Shown: positions 19,164-28,947 of the stretch, piece by piece
How positions within the stretch are numbered: position 1 is the first letter of the stretch
Layout of the letters: each line of letters begins with the position of its first letter
Assembly: GCA_964605655.1 (NCBI GenBank)
Contig: CAZSDK010000007.1
Coordinates: forward strand, 2,084-66,083
Length of the DNA stretch: 64,000 nt
From: an uncultured Bacteroidales bacterium
GTDB taxonomy: Bacteria > Bacteroidota > Bacteroidia > Bacteroidales > CAIXZF01
Reading direction: 5' to 3'
The notes under the pieces: generated by a model
What the model saw: only the letters and a program-made list of their open reading frames with translations
Told to the model about the DNA's origin: nothing
The model's database searches: none
Position numbers and translations under genes: made by a program

Positions 19164-20512
19164 AGCGGTACCTCTACACCCTGAACATCTCACTGGAGGC
19201 GGTTTTCATCAACAAATCCAGGTCTCTGCTCACCGCTTTGGGTATCATCTTTGGAGTGGCTGCCGTCATCTCTATGATGGCTATTGGAAGCGGAGCGAAA
19301 CAGGAGATCCTCGAACAGATAAAGCTGGTGGGGGTGAACAACATCATCATCAAACCCAAGATCAAGGACAGCAAACAATCGCAGGAAGAAGAATCTCAGC
19401 AAGCGGACAAAGGGAACAAGGAGAGTTTCTCTCCGGGGCTCACCCTCAAAGATGCTGAGTCAATACGCAAGTATGTGCCCACAGTGACTAAGGTCAGTCC
19501 GGAGGTGAATTATGAGACCTTTACCATTAAAGACGGTGTCCGCAGCCCGGCCAAGCTATCGGGCGTGACGCCGGACTTCTTCGAGATGTTCGGACTGAGC
19601 CTTCAGCAGGGACAGATGTTCAACACAGAACACCTGGAAATGGGAAAACCTGTATGCATCATCGGGCCGGTGGTGAAGACCAAGCTCTTCAAGCAGCAGA
19701 ATCCTATCGGCCAGTTTATCAAATGCGGTCACGTCTGGCTACAGGTGATCGGTGTGCTCGACAACCGGAATGTGACAAAAAATGCCACCGAAAACCTCGA
19801 TATCAGCGATTATAACCAGACCATCTACGCACCCATACAGACCCTTCTCCTCCGGTTCCAGAACAGGGCAGCCATCAGTTCGGAAGACCTTGGCGGTTCA
19901 GAGCTGGTGGTAGGCGAAGACTTTATCTCATTTTCTTCGTCCGGTTCAGAGGAAGGGAATACCAATGAACTGGATAAAATCACAGTCCAGGTCACTGACA
20001 GTAAATGGATTACAACAACCACACAATTGCTGAACAGGATGATCAAACGTCGTCATTCCGATGTGGAAGACTTCGAGATCAAGATTCCCGAGCTTCTTCT
20101 TAAGCAGGAGCAACGTACCAAGGACATCTTCAATGTGGTTTTGGGCGTTATTGCGGGAATTTCCCTCCTGGTGGGCGGCATCGGCATCATGAACATCATG
20201 CTGGCCAGCGTTATGGAAAGAATCAAAGAGATTGGGGTGAGGATGGCAATGGGTGCAACCCGCAGGGACATCATCCTCCAGTTTCTGATGGAAGCCACCC
20301 TCATCAGCCTCACGGGAGGGGTCATCGGTGTGATCGTGGGGATCGTGCTTGCCAAGACCATCACCAGTGTCACTGACATCCTAACAATTATATCAGGGTT
20401 TTCCATCGTCATTTCCTTTGGAGTGGCTGCCACCATAGGGATTTTATTTGGTTATATGCCTGCTAGGCGCGCTGCTTCTCAGGACCCCGTTGAATCTTTA
20501 CGTCATGAATAA
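19160..20512 (+). CDS. MacB/FtsX-type ABC transporter permease (no fused ATPase)
   Basis: 450 aa with a GTG start overlapping the upstream stop. N-terminal TM (RSLLTALGIIFGVAAVISM), a large periplasmic domain and a C-terminal FtsX bundle (GGIGIMNIMLASVMERIKEIGVRMAMGATRRDI). Confidence 0.88.
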   Translation: MKRYLYTLNISLEAVFINKSRSLLTALGIIFGVAAVISMMAIGSGAKQEILEQIKLVGVNNIIIKPKIKDSKQSQEEESQQADKGNKESFSPGLTLKDAESIRKYVPTVTKVSPEVNYETFTIKDGVRSPAKLSGVTPDFFEMFGLSLQQGQMFNTEHLEMGKPVCIIGPVVKTKLFKQQNPIGQFIKCGHVWLQVIGVLDNRNVTKNATENLDISDYNQTIYAPIQTLLLRFQNRAAISSEDLGGSELVVGEDFISFSSSGSEEGNTNELDKITVQVTDSKWITTTTQLLNRMIKRRHSDVEDFEIKIPELLLKQEQRTKDIFNVVLGVIAGISLLVGGIGIMNIMLASVMERIKEIGVRMAMGATRRDIILQFLMEATLISLTGGVIGVIVGIVLAKTITSVTDILTIISGFSIVISFGVAATIGILFGYMPARRAASQDPVESLRHE

Positions 20513-22022
20513 GCTGGACTCAATAATGCTGAAGAACTCAAGAAAACTGAGGATATACCTTACCGGGATCATGATGTTGCTCCTTCTGCTACCATGCCAG
20601 GCCCAGGATAACAAACGCCCCCTTACCCTTGAGGATGCCCTGGTGCTTGCACGTCAGCAAAGCCGTGACGCGGTAGCCGCCAGGAACAGGTTCCTGGCCA
20701 GCTACTGGGAGTACCGGACCTTTAAGACCCAGTATCTCCCCATGCTCAACCTGAACACAACCCTGCCCTCCGTCAGAAGGTCTCTAATCAAATACACCAC
20801 CTCCGAAGGGAATGACATCTTTGTTGAGCAGAAAGTCTCCAGTTATTCGGCCGACTTCACCCTGTCGAAGATCCTGGGATATACAGGCGGACAGATCTTT
20901 GTACGGTCAGGACTTGAACAGATCGACAATTTCACCGACACCACTTTTTCCACTTTCCTGTCGAACCCCGTCACTATCGGTTTTTCACAGCCTGTGCTGG
21001 CTTATAATCCTTATCGCTGGGACAACAAGATCCAGCCGGTAAAATATGAAGAAGCAAAAAGAAAGTACCTGGAACAGGTGGAACAGATCAACATCAACGC
21101 TATCAATACCTATTTCAATCTTTTACAGGCACAGCTGGCTCTTAAGATTGCTGAGACCAACTTTGCCAATTACGATACCATATATAAAATTGCCCAGGGA
21201 AGGTATAACCTGGGCAAGATCGCAGAAAATGAGCTGCTTCAGCTCGAACTCAGCTATCTCAACTCCAGAGCTGATGTGGAGACCTCTCAACTCGATCTGG
21301 AAATGAATATCTCCAGCTTCAAATCCTACTTCAGGCTGCCTGAAAACTCCGTGCCGGAGGTGAGATTGCCTTCGGGTATACGGGAGTTGAAGGTCGATGT
21401 TCAGAAAGCACTGGCCCAATCAAAAAGCAACCGCTCCGATGTGTTCGGCTTTGAACGGACCCTGCTGGAGGCCGAAAGCGCCGTACACCAGGCAAGGCTT
21501 CAGAACCGTTTCAACGCCAACCTGTATGCAGAATATGGTCTTACACAAAGCGCCCGCGACCTGGAACATGTGTACCAAAATCCGCAGGACGGGCAGGTCT
21601 TTTCCTTTGGCATTCAAATACCGGTACTCGACTGGGGCCTGGCAAGGGGTAAGATAAAAATGGCCGAGTCAAACCGGGAACTCATACGAACCACCGTCGA
21701 ACAGCAACGTATCGACTTCGACCAGGAGATATACCTTAAAGTGATGCAGTTCAATATGCAACAAAACCAGCTCATGCTTGCAGCCAAAGCTGACACTGTC
21801 TCACAGAAACGTTATTATGTGACCAAACAAAGGTATCTGATCGGTCGCATCGATATCACTGATCTCAACATAGCCCAGACAGAGACCGATAATGCCCAGC
21901 TTTCCTATATCAACGCCTTGAGGAACTTCTGGAAGAGTTATTATGATCTCCGAAGACTTACCCTGTATGATTTCATGCAGGATCATACCATCGAGGTGGA
22001 TTTCAGGGAGTTGTATAAATAG
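20505..22022 (+). CDS. TolC-family outer membrane efflux protein
   Basis: I moved the start to ATG 20505 (MNKLDSIMLKNSRKLRIYLTGIMMLLLLLPCQAQ). Signal peptide and two OEP-type repeats of alternating helical and beta segments. It sits in an operon with the adaptor and permease. Confidence 0.85.
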   Translation: MNKLDSIMLKNSRKLRIYLTGIMMLLLLLPCQAQDNKRPLTLEDALVLARQQSRDAVAARNRFLASYWEYRTFKTQYLPMLNLNTTLPSVRRSLIKYTTSEGNDIFVEQKVSSYSADFTLSKILGYTGGQIFVRSGLEQIDNFTDTTFSTFLSNPVTIGFSQPVLAYNPYRWDNKIQPVKYEEAKRKYLEQVEQININAINTYFNLLQAQLALKIAETNFANYDTIYKIAQGRYNLGKIAENELLQLELSYLNSRADVETSQLDLEMNISSFKSYFRLPENSVPEVRLPSGIRELKVDVQKALAQSKSNRSDVFGFERTLLEAESAVHQARLQNRFNANLYAEYGLTQSARDLEHVYQNPQDGQVFSFGIQIPVLDWGLARGKIKMAESNRELIRTTVEQQRIDFDQEIYLKVMQFNMQQNQLMLAAKADTVSQKRYYVTKQRYLIGRIDITDLNIAQTETDNAQLSYINALRNFWKSYYDLRRLTLYDFMQDHTIEVDFRELYK

Positions 22023-22167
22023 CAACCTATCAGCACGTTCTGAAACATTTCCCCTTCCCGTTTGTTATTTAGGTGCCGGCAGGAAAACAGCCTTTGTGGC
22101 CGGCGACCATCGAGCATCCTTACATTGAATTTTCATTAATTTATACATTTCAACAACACAACGAATT

Positions 22168-22800
22168 ATGTCAGTACTTACAGGAAGAAAGGCCCCTCAT
22201 TTTGCAGCAGAGGCAGTAGTTAACGGAGGTGAATTTGCAGAAAATTTCAGCCTCGATCAGTATCTGGGAAAGAAATATGTGGTTTTCTTTTTCTATCCCC
22301 TTGATTTTACTTTTGTTTGCCCTACCGAGATCCTGGCTTTCCAGGAGAAGATAGATGAATTTGAGAAAAGGAATGTGGCAGTAGTGGGTTGTTCCATCGA
22401 CTCCAAATTTTCACACTGGGCCTGGTTGAATACCGAGCTGAAAGATGGCGGAATCAAGGGAGTCAAGTTTCCCCTGGTGTCGGATCTTTCGAAAACCATT
22501 TCCACTAATTATGACGTCCTTGCCGGCGACTATGATTACTCCGATGACGGCGAGATGTTGTTCAGAGGAGCCCCCGTGGCTTACCGCGGATTGTTCCTTA
22601 TCGACAAGGCCGGCGTTGTACGTCACCAGGTCGTGAATGACCTTCCCCTCGGAAGGAGCGTTTCTGAAACCCTTCGCATGATCGATGCCTTACAGCATTT
22701 CGAAGAGAACGGGGAAGTCTGCCCGGCCGACTGGCACAAAGGTGAGAAAGCCATGAAAGGCACCCACGAAGGAGTTTCCGAATACCTGGGTTCCAAATAA
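22168..22800 (+). CDS. typical 2-Cys peroxiredoxin (AhpC/TSA family)
   Basis: 210 aa. Peroxidatic Cys in FTFVCPTE and resolving Cys in GEVCPADW. Confidence 0.93.
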   Translation: MSVLTGRKAPHFAAEAVVNGGEFAENFSLDQYLGKKYVVFFFYPLDFTFVCPTEILAFQEKIDEFEKRNVAVVGCSIDSKFSHWAWLNTELKDGGIKGVKFPLVSDLSKTISTNYDVLAGDYDYSDDGEMLFRGAPVAYRGLFLIDKAGVVRHQVVNDLPLGRSVSETLRMIDALQHFEENGEVCPADWHKGEKAMKGTHEGVSEYLGSK

Positions 22801-22816
22801 GGACAAGGTTCGATTT

Positions 22817-23560
22817 TTATTCTTCCTGCTTCAATCCCTTCTTCTGCAGAATGCTCCAAAACATTTTGCGATAAGACTCACCGATGGGAATCCGGTGCTC
22901 CAGTATGCGAATATGATTTCTTTCTATGCTGATGATCTTATCGAGGGAAACGATAAAGGATTTATGGACCCTTACAAACAATTCGGGAGGAAGGATCTGT
23001 TCCATCCTGGTAAAGCTCATCAGGGTCATTATTCTCTTGTCGGGAAGGTGGATCCTGAGGTAATCCTTCATCCCTTCGATGAACAGTATTTCTTTGAAAT
23101 TCACCTTCTCCAGCCGGTATTCCGTCTTAACGAACATGAAATCATCCCTGGACTGTTGTGACTGGGGCACTGCCTCTGACGGGTAGACCGGATGTTGTCT
23201 CACCTGGATGATCTCGTAAACCTTGTCCACAGCCTTAAGAAAACGCTCAAATGAAATGGGTTTCAGGAGATAATCAGAGACGTCGAGTTCATAACCTTTC
23301 AGTGCAAACTGGTCGTAAGCCGTGGTGAGGATCACCTTGGGATGCACCTTCAGGGTCTCCAGCATCTGTATGCCACTGAGCCCCTCCATCTGAATATCCA
23401 GGAAGATCAGGTCTATTTCATGCTGTTTAAGGAATTCTATGGCAGAAAGGGCATTATCGAACCGGGCCTCCAGCTGCAGAAAAGGGACCCGGCTGATATA
23501 ATCCTCCATCTTATCCAGAGCCAGTGGCTCGTCATCAATGGCAATACAATGGATCTTCAT
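22817..23560 (-). CDS. LytTR-family two-component response regulator
   Basis: 247 aa. Receiver domain (IAIDDEPLAL...DLIFLDIQMEGLSG) plus a C-terminal LytTR DNA-binding domain. Confidence 0.92.
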   Translation of the reverse strand: MKIHCIAIDDEPLALDKMEDYISRVPFLQLEARFDNALSAIEFLKQHEIDLIFLDIQMEGLSGIQMLETLKVHPKVILTTAYDQFALKGYELDVSDYLLKPISFERFLKAVDKVYEIIQVRQHPVYPSEAVPQSQQSRDDFMFVKTEYRLEKVNFKEILFIEGMKDYLRIHLPDKRIMTLMSFTRMEQILPPELFVRVHKSFIVSLDKIISIERNHIRILEHRIPIGESYRKMFWSILQKKGLKQEE

Positions 23561-24588
23561 CGGATGAATAAAATAAGTTCCACATGAAATTTCCCGCTGT
23601 CGCTTCGGATTGTCAGCTCATGGGCATTGGGATACAGCAGTTCCAGACGGCGGGTCACATTCCTTAGTCCGATACCTCCCGTAGTATCTTTAACCGCTGA
23701 TTTATCATTCGGAATGAAATTGACGATATCAAAAGTGACTTTCAACTCCTCTATGATGAGATTGATCCCTATTCCCTTCTCCAGCGACCTCTTTTCGCCA
23801 TGCTTACATGCATTCTCAACAAAAGGGATCAGTAACATGGGTGAGATCACCTTACCATCCGGATCCCCTATCACCTTAAAACTACAGATGTCAGGTTCTT
23901 TCAGCCGGAGTTTCTGCAAGTCAATATAACTGTACAAATAATCAATTTCCTTCTGCAGCGGCACTTTCTCGGAGTTGGCGTCATACAGCATATATCTCAT
24001 GATCTCCGACAGTTTCACCACGGCATCGGTAGCTTTTCCGGCTTCCTTGGTGATGAGGGTGTGAATGTTATTGAGGGTGTTGAACAGGAAATGCGGACTG
24101 ATCTGGCTCCTTAATAAGGCCAACTCACTGGCTTTGTTCTGTATTTCCAGTTCATTTTTGATCTGTTGGGTCACATACCAGTGTTTTAACAGCTTGATGG
24201 AGGCAGCCAGGAACACAATGATGTTGATGTTGATGGCCAGCTCAAACATGGAAACATGCCAGAAGGGGTATTCTTTCACCTTTGAACCCCAGTCCAGCAT
24301 CTTATCGGCAATATACAGGTTGATGGTCCTTTCGAGAATCACGATCATAAAATCCGAGACCAGGAAGGTCATCAGGAAGGTCAGATATTTATTATTCAAC
24401 AAATACCTGGGGATCAGCACATAAAGAACAAAATAGGTAAATCCTATGTCTAACGGAAGGGTGGTCAACAGGGCCTGAAAGGTCTTGAAATACTGGTGCT
24501 GGTTGTACAGTCCGAAAATGAAGGTAAAGGATGATACCACGCAGACCCAGAAGAGCAGATGGAAGAGAAATTGATGTTTGAATTTCAA
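23557..24588 (-). CDS. LytS-type sensor histidine kinase
   Basis: 343 aa. Multi-TM N-terminus, a His_kinase core (SQISPHFLFNTLNNI) and an ATPase domain (ENACKHG...GGIGLRNV). TTG start at 24588, with a 4-nt overlap onto the regulator gene. Confidence 0.88.
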   Translation of the reverse strand: MKFKHQFLFHLLFWVCVVSSFTFIFGLYNQHQYFKTFQALLTTLPLDIGFTYFVLYVLIPRYLLNNKYLTFLMTFLVSDFMIVILERTINLYIADKMLDWGSKVKEYPFWHVSMFELAININIIVFLAASIKLLKHWYVTQQIKNELEIQNKASELALLRSQISPHFLFNTLNNIHTLITKEAGKATDAVVKLSEIMRYMLYDANSEKVPLQKEIDYLYSYIDLQKLRLKEPDICSFKVIGDPDGKVISPMLLIPFVENACKHGEKRSLEKGIGINLIIEELKVTFDIVNFIPNDKSAVKDTTGGIGLRNVTRRLELLYPNAHELTIRSDSGKFHVELILFIR

Positions 24589-24620
24589 GGCAGCAGGATA
24601 TTGGTTCGTTTCATTCCATA

Positions 24621-24628
24621 CAAAAATA
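24621..24628 (-). promoter_or_regulatory. -7 promoter box for the kinase/regulator operon
   Basis: The minus strand reads TATTTTTG about 32 nt upstream of the TTG start at 24588. Confidence 0.4.
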
Positions 24629-24727
24629 AGAAAGCGGGAATCAAATTAAAAGGCCTGAATCCCTGAAATATACCAATAGGCCTAAATCCGGTATCAAAGC
24701 CCGCGTATCGTCTATGATTTAAGTGGA

Positions 24728-25498
24728 TTATTCGAAGCGTTTGGCCTCATTCCAGAAGACATCCATCTCCTCCAGGCTCATGTCGTGCAGCGACCTGCCC
24801 ATCTCCCGGGCTTTTCCTTCAAGGTACTGAAACCTTTTGATGAATTTCCTGTTGGTCCGTTCCAGCGCATCTTCAGGGTTCACCCCTATGAAGCGGGAGT
24901 AGTTGACCAGGGCAAAGAGGATATCGCCAAACTCCGATTCAATGGTCTTCAGATCGGAATGGTCATGGACTTCCTGATCCAGTTCCGCCAACTCTTCTTT
25001 TACCTTATCGAAGACCTGGTGGGTTTCTTCCCAGTCGAAGCCCACGCCCCTGGCTTTCTCCTGTATGCGGTAGGCTTTGACCATGGCAGGCAGCGAGAGG
25101 GGAACCCCTTCGAGCACCGACTTTTTACCTTGTTTCAGCTTGATCTTTTCCCAGTTACCTTTCACGGCCTCAGCATCTTTCGCTACCACGTCTCCATAGA
25201 TGTGAGGGTGCCTGACCACCAGCTTCTGGTTAATGGCTTCCAGCACATCGGCGATGTCGAAGGAGCCAAGCTCTGAAGCGATCTTGGCATAAAATACGAT
25301 ATGAAGCAGGAGGTCCCCCAACTCTCCTTTCATTTCCTGGAGGTCATTCTCCAGGATGGAATCGGACAACTCGTAGGTCTCTTCTATGGTAAGATACCTG
25401 AGAGTATCGAAAGTCTGACTTTTATCCCAGGGACACTGAGCCCTGAGCTCATCCATGATCTCCAGCAGCCGGGCGAAACCTTCCAAACGTTTGTCCAT
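24728..25498 (-). CDS. mazG: nucleoside triphosphate pyrophosphohydrolase MazG
   Basis: 256 aa with tandem MazG domains. EETYELSDSI and EELAELDQEV motifs, and WEKIK in the first domain. Confidence 0.92.
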   Translation of the reverse strand: MDKRLEGFARLLEIMDELRAQCPWDKSQTFDTLRYLTIEETYELSDSILENDLQEMKGELGDLLLHIVFYAKIASELGSFDIADVLEAINQKLVVRHPHIYGDVVAKDAEAVKGNWEKIKLKQGKKSVLEGVPLSLPAMVKAYRIQEKARGVGFDWEETHQVFDKVKEELAELDQEVHDHSDLKTIESEFGDILFALVNYSRFIGVNPEDALERTNRKFIKRFQYLEGKAREMGRSLHDMSLEEMDVFWNEAKRFE

Positions 25499-25507
25499 GA
25501 TCCAGTA

Positions 25508-26983
25508 TTAATAAGCCCTGGCAAACACCACCCTTCCCTGAGAAGGTTTGCCTGAATAAATGCACTTGCCTTCTTCCTTCTTCTGATCGAAAGGGATAAG
25601 ACGGATGGTTGCTTTCGTCTCTTCCTTGATCTTTTGTTCGGTCTCGGCCGTACCATCCCAGTGGGCATAGATAAAACCTCCCGTACTGTCGAGCACCTTG
25701 TTGAATTCCTCCCAGGTGTCTATGACAAAAGTATTTGACTCCCTGAAAGTCAGGGCTTTGTTAAAGAGGTTGGTCTGGATGAGTTCCAGGAGGTGCGTCA
25801 CCTTATTTGCGATATCAGTGATTTGGTAGATCTCTTTTTCAAGGGTATCTCTTCGTGCCACCTCGATGGTACCGTTTTGAAGGTCCCTGGGACCAATGGC
25901 AAGGCGAAGGGGCACACCCCTGAACTCATGTTCTGCGAATTTAAAGCCGGGAGTAAAGGTATCCCTGTCGTCGAACCGAACCCGGATGCCTTTGGCTTCC
26001 ATATTTTTCTTCAAAGGTGTCACCACCTGGCGGATGGCGTCCAGTTCTTCAGGCTTCTTATAGATTGGAACGATGACCACCTGCACCGGAGCCAGCTTGG
26101 GTGGAAGCACCAGACCCTGGTCGTCGGAGTGGGTCATCACCAGGGCACCCATCAGGCGGGTCGACACCCCCCAGGAGGTAGCCCAGACAAAATCGAGCTT
26201 GTTCTCGCGGTTCAGGAATTTCACATCAAAAGCCCTGGCAAAATTCTGTCCCAGGAAATGTGAAGTTCCAGCCTGCAAGGCTTTCCCGTCCTGCATGAGT
26301 GCCTCGATACAATAAGTCTCCTCAGCACCGGCAAATCGTTCGTTGGGTGATTTAAAACCCTTGAGCACCGGCATGGCCATCCATTCCTGAGCAAAGTCGG
26401 CATAGACCTGTAACATCTTTTCGGTCTCTTCCACGGCTTCTTCACGGGTGGCATGTGCCGTATGCCCTTCCTGCCAAAGAAACTCGGTAGTGCGGAGAAA
26501 GAGACGGGTGCGCATCTCCCAGCGCACCACGTTGGCCCACTGGTTGACCAGGATGGGCAGGTCGCGGTACGACTGGATCCAGTTACGATAGGTGTCCCAG
26601 ATGATGGTCTCTGAGGTCGGCCTTACCACGTATTCTTCCTCCAGCCTGGCATCCTCGTCCACCACAACCCCTTTGCCGTCGGGTGAGTTCTTCAGCCGGT
26701 AATGCGTCACCACGGCACATTCCTTGGCAAAACCTTCCACATGACTGGCTTCACGGCTGAAAAAAGACTTGGGAATGAAGATGGGGAAATAAGCATTGGA
26801 GTGCCCGGTGTCCTTAAACATGCCGTCGAGGATCTGCTGCATTTTCTCCCAGATGGCATAACCATAAGGCTTAATTACCATACATCCCCTCACTGCCGAG
26901 TTCTCAGCCAGATCTGCCTTGATAACCAGATCGTTGTACCATTGAGAGTAATTTTCATTCCTTGTTGAAAAATTTTTAGCCAT
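25508..26983 (-). CDS. proS: proline--tRNA ligase (archaeal/eukaryote-type, no INS editing domain)
   Basis: I moved the start to ATG at the complement of 26983 ([20 protein letters not shown]), giving 491 aa. Class II motifs are present, and the C-terminal domain ends in ARAY. Confidence 0.96.
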   Translation of the reverse strand: MAKNFSTRNENYSQWYNDLVIKADLAENSAVRGCMVIKPYGYAIWEKMQQILDGMFKDTGHSNAYFPIFIPKSFFSREASHVEGFAKECAVVTHYRLKNSPDGKGVVVDEDARLEEEYVVRPTSETIIWDTYRNWIQSYRDLPILVNQWANVVRWEMRTRLFLRTTEFLWQEGHTAHATREEAVEETEKMLQVYADFAQEWMAMPVLKGFKSPNERFAGAEETYCIEALMQDGKALQAGTSHFLGQNFARAFDVKFLNRENKLDFVWATSWGVSTRLMGALVMTHSDDQGLVLPPKLAPVQVVIVPIYKKPEELDAIRQVVTPLKKNMEAKGIRVRFDDRDTFTPGFKFAEHEFRGVPLRLAIGPRDLQNGTIEVARRDTLEKEIYQITDIANKVTHLLELIQTNLFNKALTFRESNTFVIDTWEEFNKVLDSTGGFIYAHWDGTAETEQKIKEETKATIRLIPFDQKKEEGKCIYSGKPSQGRVVFARAY

Positions 26984-27027
26984 GTCGCTTTGTGGTATAA
27001 TATTTGCTTTTAACGAATTGCGGTGTG

Positions 27028-27035
27028 CAAAATTA
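27028..27035 (-). promoter_or_regulatory. -7 promoter box for proS
   Basis: The minus strand reads TAATTTTG about 44 nt upstream of the proS ATG. Confidence 0.4.
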
Positions 27036-27074
27036 ACAAAAGACACCGTAACATTCATAAAGGAGGACCAAGCC

Positions 27075-28913
27075 ATGAAAACTTTAACCTACTTTTCCGT
27101 GATAGCAGCCTGCTTCCTTGCTTCATGCAGCGCCACATACAACGCCGGTATCCCATACGACGATGTGTATTACAGCAAGAATCAGACCCAAAAACCGCAA
27201 GCGGCCCCTCAAACCACACAAACCCCTGTATATCAGCCGGCTCAAGCGACCCAGCCGGCTCAAGCTGACCCGGTCCCGTCTACAGACCAGAACCAGGCAA
27301 ATTATACCGAATACTCCGGCAACGAATACGTCCCTCAGGATTACCAGGAACAGCCCGCCTATTCGAACAGCGAAACTTATGCCGATCCGGAAGGCAACAC
27401 CACCATCAACAATTATTACTACGGTGATTACAACCCCGACGACTATTACGACTATGGTTACTCTGCCCGGCTGAGAAGGTTTCACAATCCTTATTACTTC
27501 AACAACTACTGGGATGACTATTACACCAATTCATACTGGTATTCTTACGATCCTTTTGACTGGGGACTGAGCATCTATTTCGGATACAACTGGTTATGGC
27601 CTTCCTGGGGATTCCACTATGGTTTTAATTCCTGGTATAATCCTTACTCATACTGGGGATGGAATTATGGCTGGGGGTATCCCTACTATTCACCTTATTG
27701 CTGGGGGATGGGATATCCTTACTATTACGGTTATTATGGCGGATACTGGGACAATTACTGGTACGGCAGCTATGATTACTACTATAACAGTCATGACAAC
27801 AACACCTATTATGGCCCCCGGAAACCCCGTTCAAGCAACAGCGGTTCAGGTAAACCTTCAGGAGGCAGAGACTATGCCAGCAGAGACATGAGCTTCGGAG
27901 AAAGATATGAAAAAGCCATCGCTCTGAACACCTCTCCCACAGGAAGGAACACCAACCAAGACAACAACAATACCTACCAGACTACCCAAACCACCAGCCC
28001 TGTAACGACACAACCTTCATCCACCGGAAAGAACACCAACAATGACGGCAAAACCGCCGCTCCTTCGGTCAATAACGTCCAGAACCAGACCCGGCAGACC
28101 GACAACAACAACAATCAAAACAGCAAGTATAACTACGACACCCGGACCAACCAGAGCACCCCTTCCGACAACCAGAACACCCGGACCTACACCCCTGCCG
28201 GGACAGGCCGGACCACCAACGACAACCAGGTCGTGCAACCCGCACAGAATGACCGTCAAACAGCGCCTGCCGTAACCAGGAAACCTGTTGAAAACCGCAC
28301 CAACCCAGGCTACAGTGCCCCTCAAAAGACCCAGGAGCCCAGGGTGGTCAACGACCCGGGAAGAACAACCCAGGGTAACACTCCTGGCAAGACGAGCTAT
28401 GAACCACAGAACAACCCCTCCAGCCGCAGACCGGTGCAACAAACCCAGCCATCGACCCAAAACCCAAGGACTGACGGTAACAAACCGCAGTACAGCACCC
28501 CTCAGAAGGAATACAAAGCTCTGTCTCCCGAAAAATACAACAAGCCCAAGACCTATAACGCACCCAACTATACCAGGCCCAAATCCAGCCAGGAGTATGT
28601 AAGTCCTAAGACCGAAAATGCACCTTCTACGGGAAGGACCAGAGATAACAACAACATCAATTACAGCAGCCCTGACAGGTCGACGAAAAACCAGTACAAC
28701 CCTCCGGCAAGAAATGAAAACCATTATACGCCTGCCCCGCAAAATGATTCCAGAGGCAGCTATTCACCACCGGCAAGAAGCGAATCTTCCGGCAGAGGAA
28801 GTTATTCCGCACCCAGCTCCGGAGGAGGATCCAGATCCTCGGGAAGCTCCGGCAGTTCTGGCGGCAGCTCCGGTGGCAGCTCCGGTGGCGGCGGTTCCAG
28901 AGGCAGACGTTAA
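27075..28913 (+). CDS. lipoprotein with an extreme Tyr/Trp/Gly/Asn-rich block and a long N/Q/T/P-rich low-complexity tail
   Basis: I moved the start to ATG 27075 ([23 protein letters not shown]; lipobox LASC). AGGAGG lies 8 nt upstream. The aromatic block maps to about 27405-27827 and the rest is low complexity, ending in [33 protein letters not shown] do not recognise a family with confidence. Confidence 0.8.
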   Translation: MKTLTYFSVIAACFLASCSATYNAGIPYDDVYYSKNQTQKPQAAPQTTQTPVYQPAQATQPAQADPVPSTDQNQANYTEYSGNEYVPQDYQEQPAYSNSETYADPEGNTTINNYYYGDYNPDDYYDYGYSARLRRFHNPYYFNNYWDDYYTNSYWYSYDPFDWGLSIYFGYNWLWPSWGFHYGFNSWYNPYSYWGWNYGWGYPYYSPYCWGMGYPYYYGYYGGYWDNYWYGSYDYYYNSHDNNTYYGPRKPRSSNSGSGKPSGGRDYASRDMSFGERYEKAIALNTSPTGRNTNQDNNNTYQTTQTTSPVTTQPSSTGKNTNNDGKTAAPSVNNVQNQTRQTDNNNNQNSKYNYDTRTNQSTPSDNQNTRTYTPAGTGRTTNDNQVVQPAQNDRQTAPAVTRKPVENRTNPGYSAPQKTQEPRVVNDPGRTTQGNTPGKTSYEPQNNPSSRRPVQQTQPSTQNPRTDGNKPQYSTPQKEYKALSPEKYNKPKTYNAPNYTRPKSSQEYVSPKTENAPSTGRTRDNNNINYSSPDRSTKNQYNPPARNENHYTPAPQNDSRGSYSPPARSESSGRGSYSAPSSGGGSRSSGSSGSSGGSSGGSSGGGGSRGRR

Positions 28914-28947
28914 TTATTCCTTCTTTACTACTTAAAAGAACTCAACC

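Noticed and set aside
22060-22110. Paired GCCGGC palindromes after the TolC-like gene as a terminator or OxyR-type operator upstream of the peroxiredoxin gene.
   Set aside because: The stem is only 6 bp with a long loop and no U-run. I could not recognise an OxyR/PerR-like operator by eye.
28795-28910. Gly/Ser-coding nucleotide repeats (GGCAGCTCCGGTGGC...) as a phase-variable tandem repeat.
   Set aside because: The units are short and imperfect, and all are in frame within the low-complexity tail. Nothing shows copy-number switching. It needs population data.
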